This document shows positions 40,781-52,298 of a DNA stretch of 64,000 nucleotides, piece by piece (position 1 is the first letter of the stretch; every line of letters begins with the position of its first letter). Under the pieces are notes generated by a model. That model was not told the origin of the DNA, ran no database searches, and saw only the letters and a program-made list of their open reading frames with translations. The stretch is from Felis catus (lineage: Eukaryota). The position numbers and the translations under genes were made by a program. The DNA lies in contig NC_058368.1 of NCBI RefSeq assembly GCF_018350175.1, positions 142,416,001-142,480,000 on the forward strand, given 5' to 3'.

Positions 40781-41719
40781 AAAAAGCAACACAAAAACCA
40801 ACAGGCCGTTTCTACATCTGGTTTTGGCAATTTGTGCACAGCCTCCGACACTGAAGCTTTCTGGGTGGCGGCAGTCACTCACCGTGGCAGCGCTGGGTCA
40901 CTATCTGCACGGCGCTAAGGAGTGGGGTGGGGAGTGGGCAGGACCGCGCTCCTGGGGAGTCCTCTCCCAGGCAGCTCGACCTCTGCACCAGGAATGCCTG
41001 ACTCACTTCCCTTCCCTGAAATCAGAAGGGAAACACTTCATGCCCTGAAGCGGGATGGGTGACAAGCCCTTCAGGCTCCCTGACTTAAAGAAGGGGAGAG
41101 AGAATTCGGAAAGGCCAGAGCACAGGCCCTAAGACCCCTAATGCTGTCTTTCCACCTTGTGGTTTTCTGCCTCCCCCAGGTACTTCTCCCTTCACGTTCA
41201 CACTCCAGTAATATATCACTTGCATGATACAAAGCTTTTTTAAAAAACTGCTCTACAAGGTCCTCACAGGCCTGATCCGTGCCTCCAGGAGGTCGTAATT
41301 TATGATATACCCTTGTGGCCACACCAGCTGAAACATATGGACAACAGGCTGGGACACTAAATCAATGTTTGAACCGGCAATGATATATTCAAAACACATG
41401 CGGTAGAGGTGGAGGACATGCACATTTTGAGGAGAACAGGCAAGCAGACCAGAGACCGGACAGACCGGGTATGTGCAGAAGAACCTGGGAGCTACGCCCA
41501 CAGCCTAGGGGGTAAAGACTGGACAGTGTATGGGAGAGGCCTCACTCCCAAAGCGGCAGGTGACGCCAGTCCCGCCCTACTCCAAAGCATTCCCATAGGC
41601 AGACCCAGGGCACCTTGCTTGTTTCGGCAAGAAAGAGGAGATGGAGAAGACATCTCATGCCCATCAGTTTTCGCAATAATATACAAAAATAGCGAATACT
41701 TGCATAGTCATCATTACGA

Positions 41720-42190
41720 GCCATTCTTCTAACACTTCATAGATACTTATTTCAACCTCACAAACACAGGTACTGTCTTATCCACTGATGGGAAAAAAAC
41801 AAGACATAAAAAGGTAAGGAACTTGCCCAAGGTCTCAGAGCTACTAAGTGTGGGAGTCAGACAGCTGTCCTTGTTCTTCACCATTATGCTATCCAGCTTC
41901 TCTGAAAGAAGGGCTATTTACGTATCAATAGACAAGTAGAGAGGCTGAAGGACATTCAGCACTATGTAGCATGACCTTGTTTTCAGGGAGAAAGGCAGTA
42001 GAGCTTTGTGTAGACACATCCTCCAAGTCAAGCTGATGTAAATAGCTTTTATAGCTCTTACTAGCTATGTGGTCATGGGCATGTTGATTAACCTCTCTGA
42101 GTATTGACTACCCACTGCATCTAATGTATGCCACCTAGTAGATCTGTGAGGATTAAATGGAGTTCCTGGCACATATTCAATAGACAGAAG
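41720..42190. mobile_element. Two MIR fragments in opposite orientations
   Basis: aacttgcccaaggtctcagagctactaagtg (minus) and ttactagctatgtggtcatgggcatgttgattaacctctctgag (plus). Confidence 0.6.
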
Positions 42191-42234
42191 CTATTATGGA
42201 CTCAGCTGAAAGTTTTCAAAACACGTATGTGACA

Positions 42235-42360
42235 GGGGCACCTGGCTAGTTCAGTCAGTAGAGCATGAGACTCTTGATCTTGAGGTTGTGAGTTTGAGCC
42301 CCAACATGGGTGGACAGATAACTTAAAAATACAAAGTAAAAAAAAAAAAAAAAAAAAAAG
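42235..42360 (+). mobile_element. Short tRNA-Lys-like carnivore SINE
   Basis: ggggcacctggctagttcagtcagtagagcatgagactcttgatc...gagcccca followed by an A tail. Confidence 0.85.
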
Positions 42361-44623
42361 CATCTGACAGTCACCATCTAACAAACTAATCAAAATTCTA
42401 TAAAAAAGCAATGACTTAGTCTAAACTGGCATGTAACAGTTGGTTCATAGCCACAGCCCTACAAATCTTGAACAGTTCCTTTACCATAGTGTTTGGGGAG
42501 AGAGTTGAGAATTTTTCCTAAGAGTTCCCCTGGGATATAAGAACCAAGACATGAGAAAAAGAAAGGGCACAAATTTAAGTTAGCAAAACGTTTTACTTAA
42601 AAACATAGTATTAAAGATTTTTAAAAATGACATTTTATAATAGTCTTTGATTCTAGAAAGCCTACTTTCTAGAAAGCATAATTAGCAAACCACATATTAG
42701 AAAATGAACAGCCTCCAGTGACCTATGAAACAATATAAATTGGCCCGTCCCATCTTAAACTTCAGAGAGAAACTACCTGAGGACGTTAACCTTCTGTATG
42801 GCTGTGAGCACCGGGTTCTCGCCCTCAGAATGGGGCCAGGGGACTGGTACCTGGCTGGCCTATCCTCAGGGTGCACAGCTATCTCTCAGTGACCAGGATA
42901 GAGAGTTTCATACCCAGCCTCTTCAGAGCTCACATGCAAGAATATAAAAAGAAAAAAAAAAAGTGGCAATGCCTCTATACATGCACCGGTGGACATTTCC
43001 CAGGACTGCTTCAGCCCAGGATCTGAAGTAAAACAAGTTGACAAGCCATGTGCCGACACCCCACCTCCAGTCAGGGCACAGGGATTCTCCTTCCTGGAGA
43101 CAGACGTATTTTTACAACAAGCTTTTCTATTTTCCTTACAGATTGCTTCAACTATAACAGCACAATCCAAACATCTGAAATAATGAGTCACCTATTGGCT
43201 TGCATCCGAAGCAGCAGGTCAAATGCAGTTTAAGCCACGTCAGGGCTTAAAAGCAACCCTAGCACAGTGAGTGGATGGATTTCTGGCACCCATAATTCTC
43301 ATGCCCTTTCTCCCATGGTACCTGACGGCTCAGTAACAAGAGGCGTGATGAGCAGTCCTGGCTGTTCAGGAGGGCATCAGGAGAGCCCACGGTGCCCCTT
43401 CCTTCCGAAACTGCCCCTCTTTAGAGGGGATTCGCAACAAAGAAAAGCCAGAAGAGAAAGGGGGGTTTAAATTAACAGTAATGGTATTAAGTAGTGTCAC
43501 TGTTATTTGTGGATTTAAGTCAATTTGTTCTTGATTAATAAAGTTGAGACACTGTTTTATTAGAAAAAAGGTAGCACTCTCAGTTCCCCAGCTATTCTCA
43601 ACTAAACTGAAGAAACAGATTACAAGAGCTGTCATAAATTACAAGCAACTTCATATGACACCCAAATGATCCTTTTTCCCCTTCCTTATGATATCATTAT
43701 AACATCTACCATTGAAGCTAAGCACATCATTAACTGAAATTTGAATTGAAAAGAGGCACAGCTACAAGACGACTTCTCAAGAAAGTTGTAATGAGGGAGG
43801 GTTCTCATTCTAAAAGGCTGAAATTCCAAGGAACACGTAGTTCCACATCATCTCATAGGAGAGAAGCAGCCACTTGGAGGAAGACCTCTCAGAGAGAATA
43901 AATGAATGAGTGAATAAATGTCAAATAAATGAGTGAGGCATGTGGGCATGAATGAATGATTGATTGTACATTTCAATAAAGTAACTCTGGGATTGCAAAG
44001 TTCCAAGAGTACTTTGCATGAGTCTCCCAATGCCCAATTTTCCCTACACATAAATTGGTTTTACCTCTTCTAAAATATACCGGAAATGTGATAGAGAGAA
44101 GCACAGTAAAAGTGACTGGTCTTCCTTGGCCGATCCTTGTGATTCTTATCTAATCACTCCAATTCTGCTTAGGGATGAAAGTATCACGTGCCTTCCTGAA
44201 ACTGTCTACTACATCTATGTTCTGACTGTCCCAAAGTCAGGCCCCCGGAACCACAATCACTCAGAATCTAGCTAGGTTCCGGGAAGGAGAAAGGGGCCCT
44301 GAGCAGGGAAATGTCCAAATCCCAACAATATCCCATCATATTCTGATGTTGATAGAATACAATTTATAAATAAACATCCAGAAAAGACCAATTTCTCCTT
44401 TTATGATAACAATGATAGTTTCATCTGCTCTTTCAAGTTTCTGCCTTCTCCCAATTAAACCACAAATGTTGAGTGACTAAGTTGCCCATGTCCAAAGTCT
44501 GTAAATTCATATAAAAATCAAAATTCAAACATTTAAAAACAAATTCAATCTGTAAGTTTTGATTAAATAAATCACAAATATTTAACACACCAAATGTGTT
44601 CTTTTCATGAGCAAATTACCAAG

Positions 44624-44710
44624 CCCAGTTCTCAGCCCTTGTTCTATATCAGAATCACCTGTGAGACGTGAAAAAGTCACAGATGATCCCGTACCATGCC
44701 CCAGACATCA
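44624..44710 (+). mobile_element. MER5-like hAT fragment
   Basis: cagttctcagccct...atcagaatcacctgtgag...aaaagtcacagatg...ccccagac. Confidence 0.6.
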
Positions 44711-44851
44711 AGTAAGATGATCCAGTTCTGCCCTCCAGAGATCAAGTAGAATGATCCACTACTATCCCCCAGATATCAAGTATGATGATTTAGGACCGCC
44801 TCCCAGAGATTAAGTATGATCATCCAGTACTGCTCTCCAGAGATCAGGTGG
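44682..44851. repeat. Diverged minisatellite, 5 x 34 bp
   Basis: Units start at 44682, 44716, 44750, 44784 and 44818. Consensus is approximately gatgatccagtactgccctccagagatcaagtat. Confidence 0.9.
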
Positions 44852-44980
44852 GCTGTGGTGTAGTGGATAGGCCCTGGGCAAGGAGCCAGGCAATAACTTT
44901 CTAAGCGTGGCTTTTCACTTCCTGCGTAACCTTGGGGACAGCACATGTCTTCCATGTGCTTCCTCAATTCTAACATGGAA
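44850..44980 (+). mobile_element. MIR fragment
   Basis: gtggtgtagtggataggccctgggcaaggagccagg...gcgtaaccttgggg. Confidence 0.55.
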
Positions 44981-45463
44981 GCACTGTATTAAATACCAAT
45001 CAGAGTATCTTCCAGCCTAACACATATAAATGTAAAATTTTTTCTCCCAATCCCAGAGTTTTTTCCCACTTTGGACACTTACATCTCTTAATACCTGACA
45101 CAAGCAAGGAAAGGTGGAGACAAATGTGCCAACCGCATCTCAGGGTAGATGAGCAGACTGATTCAACAGTGTGGAGGGATTTGTGTGGGAAAGTGAGGAA
45201 CTGGTAGGGTAGATTAGGGAAGACCATGGACAGGAGGCTTGGCAAGTTACAAAACCCTAAGATCCCCAATCCTTCCTTCCTTTTTCCTTTTAAGAAGCGA
45301 AACTAAAGCTGGGAAGGAGACAGAAGTGAAGTAAGGGACACGACATAAGTTTAAGGCATTCCAGGAAGATCTGCCAAATGTACATTATGTGCATTACAGG
45401 AATAAGATGATTAAAGTGAAGAGCAACAAGCTCCCTGAACTCAAGGGATTAGTGATGGTTTTC

Positions 45464-45627
45464 ACTGGCTCTCAAACTACATATGCATTAGCATCACCAG
45501 GCAAGCTTGTTAAAAAAAATGCAGGTGTCTGGGTGCCATCAACTCATCCCAAACATAATAAATCAGAATTTCTAGCATACAGAACCTAGAAATGTTTTTG
45601 TTGTTCACCAAAATTTGACAACCACAA
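45464..45627. mobile_element. MER5-like hAT element
   Basis: cactggctctcaaact...tgcattagcatcaccaggcaagcttgttaaaa...aaatcagaatt...aaatttgacaaccac. Confidence 0.65.
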
Positions 45628-45719
45628 ACTAATAACAAAAGCCAATTTTTAGATAATACAGTTAATACAGGCCCCTTAAGGCAACTCTGACTTGGTTACA
45701 GAGAACAAAAACAGATTAA

Positions 45720-45891
45720 GACGCAGGTCCCCAGACCGTGTGCCAAGGTGCCCTGGAGAGCCAGAGGGAGCTTACAGGAAGGTGGAGGGCATTCCAATTT
45801 CTCAGAGAAAACATAGTGAAGTGTTGTTCAAGTTAATTCACAGATTGCATTGCATTCCTTTTGATGACATCATTCATATATTTGTGGAAAG

Positions 45892-45936
<45 letters not shown>

Positions 45937-46302
45937 GCAATTCCTGTGATAAAAACCCAAGTGTCATTTGAAAATCAATATGGAGCAGGAAATGAGCATG
46001 AGATGTCTAATGTAATTCCAAGGTCTGACAAGCTGTGCAATGTCCAACAAGCAGACACATTATCCGTAAATAATAGTGGTTATTTAAGAATGAAATAAAA
46101 TTTAAAGTTTTAAGAGAAAAGTATATGTTTTTTACAAATGTACAAGTCTTACTTTTTCAAATGGAAACTCAGTTATTAGGACATAAATACTAATTGGTTT
46201 GTGCTTAACTGCTTAATAAAAACTGTTAGGTATTTCTTTTGAAAAACAATTATCAAGACACTTAGAGCACCACAAAGAGAGAAAATCTGGAAACTTCTGG
46301 GT
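45720..46302 (+). mobile_element. hAT-Charlie remnant with decayed transposase C-terminus
   Basis: Translated fragments AIPVIKT... and SNVIPRSDKLCNVQQA resemble the Charlie/Buster transposase C-terminal end. The frame is shifted. Confidence 0.6.
45894..45933. repeat. (TG)n microsatellite
   Basis: About 20 uninterrupted TG units. Confidence 0.98.
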
Positions 46303-47157
46303 CAAGGCAATTTTACAATGAGATTTTTTCCACCGCACAACTTAATTCACTTGCTCAAAACACATTTAACGTTGCATTCTGACAGAAAAAGCATTCTGGA
46401 GGAGTTCCAGAATAGTGCTTTCCCAAGTATTCTTAAAAGAGAACAAGGACAATCATGAATGTCTATCCACTGACAAGCCAGTAACTTCATGAATTATTTT
46501 CTTCCATGTTATATTTCAAATAACATTTCAAAGTAAAACGACAATAAATTATCTTGTTTTCACAGTAAGCATTATTACGTTTGTGCAAAGCCTTCAAACA
46601 GGAGACAGTCCCATGAATTTCACAAAATTGGAACATACAGACCCATTGGATAATCTAAGCAGTTATGCCTAGTTTTTCAAGCAACGAGTCACAGGAAATG
46701 CTGAGCTCGCAAAAACTATTGGTATCGTACTACTCTCCTTTTGGCATAGCAGTACTGTTTATTTTGTTATACTACACCATTCCTTTGTCCTCCCAAGTGC
46801 TATGGATATGGTTTTATTTCTTCAATTAATGCGAATTGCGTTTTGGGACTCCCATGATGTCTACAGATAAAAACTTCCCAAGAATGAAAAGCCAAGGCTA
46901 AACTCTCTTCCTAGTAGATAGAACTTCGTCATTAAGAAGAGACCGTATGTCTACATACTGGCTCTACCTGCCAGTTCAAAGATACAACGAATGACAAATG
47001 TCAAAGCTTACCGCCTGGCCTTGGGATCCTGTCTGCTGGTGACTTGGCATAGATAATGGCACAATGGTGAGCACTTCTTAACCCTCAAATTGAGATTTTT
47101 CAAATTACCCCCCAAATTATTAGCAGTTTCTGGAGTTCTCTTTAGAAAATGCCTGAA

Positions 47158-47460
47158 GGGGCACCTGGCTGGTTCAGTCGGTAGAGCGTGTGACTCTTGA
47201 TCTTGGGGTTGTAGGTTTGAGCCCCACACTGGGTGCAGAGATTACATAGAAATAAAATCTTAAGGGGAGCCTGGGTGGCTCAGTTGGTTGAGCATCTGAC
47301 TCTTGATTTCAGCCTAGGTCATGACCCCAGGGTCACGGGATAGAGCCCCACATCAGGCTCTGTGCTGAGGGTGCAGTCTGCTTAGGATTCTCTCTCTCTC
47401 TCTCTAGCTCTCTCTCTCTCTCAAAAGGAAAAAAAATATATTTTTTCAATAAATCTTTAA
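47158..47460 (+). mobile_element. Short tRNA-Lys-like SINE followed by a SINEC inserted in its tail
   Basis: Heads at 47158 and about 47263; outer TSD aaaatgcctgaa at 47146-47157 and 47461-47472. Confidence 0.9.
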
Positions 47461-48679
47461 AAAATGCCTGAAAACACATAATTTCTGAAGTGGCTGTCCA
47501 GAGTCAAGTATCCGACCAAAAGAAAATTTTATATAACTAAGCAAATCTTAATTGTGACTCTTAACGATCTTTCACTCAGATGAATAAGGAGGAAGCAATA
47601 CACTCTTCAGAAAAAGAAGCTTCCTAGGGAAATGCACATCAAATAATGGGAACGTTTTTGTGTGTGAAAAGTATACTGAAAGACTAAGGATGATAGCATT
47701 GTACTTACTACATTCCTAAGTAGTTTTGAAAATTTCAAGGTGAGGTTTTTCACTTTAAGATGAGCCTTCCAAGTCAAAAACGTACAGCGATATTCTTGTC
47801 AAGTGAGCAGACCAGATACCAGTTCTAACAAAGCCCTGTTATTTCATGTTGCTCTCTCAGCATATGGCCCTACCAAAGTTTCACATTAAGAGTTAATCAG
47901 TAAGCTCTTCAGTGTGGAGCCGGGGCTCATGAGAAGAGAAGTTAAAATTATGACCAGGGTCAAAAAATAATTTATCTACTTTCTGAGTTTCAAAAGTCAA
48001 ACATAAAGCCTTCAGAGAAATAAATGACTAGTGAATGCAAGCAGACAATATACTTACCCCTCAGAGAGATGTTACTAACAAAATACTCTGAAGGTGGTAA
48101 CTAAAGTAAATGTTCTGGCTGAGAGAATACTTTCCACAGCGGAAAATCAAGAGAAGACCACCAGGACAACACTCCATTTTAGTCTGTGTCTGACATCAAG
48201 TTAGCCGTTTAAAGAAAAAAAAAAAAAATTGAAACTCGGAAAACGCTAAAAAGTAAAAGGAAATCACATTTAAATTTGCCCAACACTTGATGAGCAGGTT
48301 TGCCATTTGCCAGACCTCCATGTAAGAGTGACCCTGCAGGCCAGGAGGGCACTCACATCTGAAAGATCAAGTAACAACAGACAGAGGAGCCTCAGAGGAA
48401 AAACTGTGAAGACACAATGAAGCAGAACAACTCCTACCATTTGGTCTGGTGGTGAAAGGCAAAATGAGGTGTCATCGCGGATGATAAATATTTGGACCCT
48501 TGACTTCTTTGTGAGGGTAAGGTAACAGAACAAATGCCTTTTCTGGAAGGACTGATGTGGTTTGCCTTGAGATTTATGAAGGTGAGATGATTCTACCATG
48601 TTCACAAAGCCACCATTGAGAAATGAGGTCTCAGGGCAGAAGGTCCCAAGAGTGTAGAGTCATGGAGTATTCCCTGAAT

Positions 48680-48862
48680 CCTCTGCCCAGAGTAAGTGCC
48701 CACTAGCCATGCAAATTATTCTTAGGTTTGCATATGAATTAATACTCATACTGAAGGATCCCTGTGAGCTAGGCAGATTTCCCAAGAAATGTTGGTTCTT
48801 CAAGAACAAACAGATAAGAACAAAACTTAACAAGAATATCAGCCATCTCTATGTAGCAAACC
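48680..48862 (+). repeat. Left arm of a diverged non-SINE inverted repeat
   Basis: attcttaggtttgcatatgaat...tgttggttcttcaagaacaaacagataag...aagaatatcagccatctct aligns to the reverse complement of 49882-50060. Confidence 0.85.
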
Positions 48863-48906
48863 TATACCACCAATCAATTCAACAGCACTAGAAGGAAAAA
48901 AACAAT

Positions 48907-49165
48907 GGGGCGCCTGGGTGGCTCAGTCGGTTAAACGCCCGACTTCAGCCAGGTCACGATCTCGCGGTCCGGGAGTTCGAGCCCCGCGTCAGGCTCTGGG
49001 CTGATGGCTCAGAGCCTGGAGCCTGTTTCCGATTCTGTGTCTCCCTCTCTCTCTGCCCCTCCCCCGTTCATGCTCTGTCTCTCTCTGTCCCAAAAATAAA
49101 TAAACGTTGAAAAAATAAATAAATAATAAATAAATAAATAAATAAATAAATAAAATAAAAAATAA
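48907..49165 (+). mobile_element. SINEC, young feline subfamily
   Basis: CpG-rich full-length copy with a (TAAA)n tail. Confidence 0.97.
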
Positions 49166-49526
49166 AATATATATTAATGTTGAAAACACACACACAGACA
49201 TATACTCACACACATTTACACTCTTCTCTAAAAACCATTGATGAAATATGGTACCACATTTAAAAGAGGTTCCACTGAAATTTCCAGAAAAGGAAGAGAG
49301 AGAATGACAAATCCTTGATCCCAAAATACACACATGGTTAACAGGGACGATGATGGCAATGAAGAAGGGAAATAAGAAAAAAAAAAAAAAAAATTAAGGC
49401 CCACATGATGTTGATGCTTCTTTGATTTCTTAAAATTAGGTGGTTGTAAGGTAGAGAGATTTCTATTAATGTCACAGGAAAGGAAAAGGTGCAACGTTTT
49501 CTTACAATACCCAAACAACTTAAAAA

Positions 49527-49750
49527 TTTTTTTTTAATTTTTTTTTTCAACGTTTATTTATTTTTGGGACAGAGAGAGACAGAGCATGAACGGGGGAGGG
49601 GCATAGAGAGAGGGAGACACAGAATCAGAAACAGGCTCCAGGCTCTGAGCCATCAGCCCAGAGCCCGACGCGGGGCTCGAACTCACGGACCGCGAGATCG
49701 TGACCTGGCTGAAGTCAGACGCTTAACCGACTGCGCCACCCAGGCGCCCC
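49527..49750 (-). mobile_element. SINEC, young feline subfamily
   Basis: Near-identical reverse complement of 48907-49110. Confidence 0.97.
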
Positions 49751-49881
49751 TAAAATTTTTATACACGAGCTTCTCTAAAGGCATTTTCTGCAAGCTAAGG
49801 AAAGATAGGACTGGAAGGAACACATCCTTCTCAAATTCTTTTATCATCCAAACAAAAAATATGACACCAGAAAGAAAATGA

Positions 49882-50060
49882 TATGTTTGTTACAGAGATG
49901 GTTGATATTCTTATAAGATATGGTCCTTATTTGTTTGTTCTTAAAGAACAAACATCTGCCTGGGGCAGGGGTGCCTAAGTCACAGAAACCAATTACCAGT
50001 ATCCATTCATATACAAACCCAAGAATGAGCACATTGCAAGAACTGACCCCAGGTAGAAGG
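49882..50060 (-). repeat. Right arm of a diverged non-SINE inverted repeat
   Basis: Minus strand reads attcttgggtttgtatatgaat...tgtttgttctttaagaacaaacaaataag...aagaatatcaaccatctct. Confidence 0.85.
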
Positions 50061-50521
50061 CTAACCCGGAATTCAGTTGATACACCCAAGAAGCATCCTA
50101 GAGCCCAAGGACTTTGGCAACAACTTGCCAACACTACATAAACCCAACTTAGAGGCCTGCTGCCACAGCCCCAGCCCCCCAGTCAGAGCAAATCACAGCA
50201 GCTGTCATGCACGGAGTACTGAGTATTAGCCAGGCCCAGGCCATGTAATGACTTCACAGCACAGTAAAGCATTTAGCTCAACACCACCCACAACAAGGCA
50301 GGTGTTATTATGTGCACATTATAAAGCTGGAACCTGAGGCTCGGGAAAGCAACAGATGTGAACCCATGCCTGGCTAAACTACACAGGCTGTGCTCTTAAC
50401 CACTACACTAATTTATTGATTGGCCAACAGCATGCAAAGTCTCACTTGTTGGTCTCTTGCCAGTGAAAAGCTTTCAGACCTCAGAGACAATTCCTTTTCC
50501 TTGCAGCCATTTCCCCCCACT

Positions 50522-50786
50522 TTTTAAATTGTTTTTAATTTTTTTTAAATTTTTTTTTATTTTAGAGAGAGAATGTGTGTGAGCAGGGGAGTGGGGCAGA
50601 GGGAAAGAAAATCTCAAGCAGGCTGCATGCCCAGCGCAGAGCTCGATACAGGGCTCGATCCCATGACCCTGGGATCATGACTTGAGCTGAAATCAAAATC
50701 AGGGTCGATCCCACAACCCGGGGATCATGACCTGAGCCAAAATCAAGAGTCGGACCCTTAACCGACTGAGCCACCCAGACGTCCCT
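50522..50786 (-). mobile_element. SINEC with an internal duplication of about 50 bp
   Basis: 50651-50700 is repeated at 50701-50751. Confidence 0.92.
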
Positions 50787-51384
50787 CCTCTTTCTTACAG
50801 CATTTCTTCAGAGGACCCTTGAATCAAAGGAGAATCAACAACACGGAACAAGAGCAACAAAAGAGGTCATACTCTTCACCAAGGATTTCTCTCTAGGGAA
50901 ATATATTACCAAGAAGGACCCCAAGGTGAAGAGAGGGGGAAGCAATCTGCTTAAAGATGCTTACAGGAGGATTATTCATGCCAGTCTCAAACTGAAAAGA
51001 GTTCGAATGCCCGAATATGGGGCTAGTGGAGCACATCATGACACATAAAATGATTAATACTAAATGGGCTATTCAAAAAGAGGATGTAGTTAATGCAGCT
51101 ATATGGAATGTGAAATTCCAATAACGCTAAATATTTTAAGTGCAATAATACGTACCCACCACTGAAAACCATAAAATAGTCCCACGGAGATACAATTTCA
51201 GAACTAAATCAGAGAATGATATAAATGAGAATTCAACTGGCTATAGTTTGTTATGGTAGTTCAAAGCTGCTGAAGAAACACAAAGTATAGAAAGTCAAAA
51301 TGGAGACCAATAATAGGTTGCTATGTGATCAAAGAAACCTGTATTCATGCCAACATCACATGCATACTCTGATCAGAGAAATTA

Positions 51385-51493
51385 ATTTTTTTTAAGATTT
51401 TTATTTTTAAGTAATCTCTACGCCCAAGGTGGGGCTTGAGTCCAAGAGATTAAGAGTTGCACGCTCCATCCAATGAGCCAGCCAGACATCCCT
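51385..51493 (-). mobile_element. Short tRNA-Lys-like carnivore SINE
   Basis: Reverse complement of the same short type as 42235 and 47158. Confidence 0.8.
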
Positions 51494-52298
51494 AATTTCT
51501 TAATTTGTGTTATTAAAATACCTGTCTGCCCTATAGCTTCTTGAAAACTGGCTTTAAAATAAAGTCAACAGTATCCCTGGAGAGAAAGGAGGTATGAGGT
51601 TCTATATTAGTGCTGCTCAGGAAACAGTTCCTTTAATCCTTTTTGTTTATGCTAGTCTTTGCATTTATGAACTCTCTAAATCCCTTCTTACTTAAACCAT
51701 AGCACTAAGCCTAGGATTACAGATGCAGTGAATTTTCTGATAGAATGTACCTAACTTTATGTCTGAGCAATGTGTTTACAACAGTTTTGTACTTGGGTAA
51801 TTTGCTGAATGAACATCTACAAAATAATGGTGTCTGAAAATTCATCTTTTAAAATGTGTTCTATCAGAAAATATGACAGGAGGTTTCCATTACTTCCGGT
51901 AAGAAAAGGTTATCCAGCCCCCTGTAAACTTTGTGTATATTAATGGGCTCTGAAGCCAGGTAACAAAAGCCATGACTTGGCTAAGGCTTAAATTATGGTT
52001 TAAACATTATTAGGAAGAGGAGTTTAATGAAAAGTGTTTCAATTAACTGTTGATTAGCTGACAAAATCAGACATTCTACAAGACAACCAGACAAGCAATG
52101 CAACTTCCAAATCTGGCAGGCATTCAGAGGAAAAAAGCACTGATACATTGCCCAGCCGCTGAAGAAGAGGACATGTGTCTTTCCAGGAAATAGATGGCAC
52201 CACAGGGTCGTCAGCCATTCCAGTAACTTGTTTCATGGGCCACTTCTCCATGCCGCAGGCTGTCAATCCTTCCTTCTACCATCCTTCAAAATACTCAC

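Noticed and set aside
42235..42312. tRNA-Lys gene (also 47158 and 51385-51493)
   Set aside because: The cloverleaf is mutated, and there is a ggggca SINE start and an A tail, so these are SINE copies.
44682..44851. CRISPR-like periodic array
   Set aside because: The units are contiguous with no unique spacers, there are no cas genes, and the DNA is mammalian.
48052..48190. Possible minus-strand exon ending GGG|gtaagt
   Set aside because: Several weak candidate acceptors, none compelling.
48709..50134. Apparent paralogous peptides (FFKNKQIRT...KNI.HL) in ORFs 48709-48891 and 49844-50134
   Set aside because: The similarity follows from the nucleotide inverted repeat. There is no evidence that either ORF is coding.
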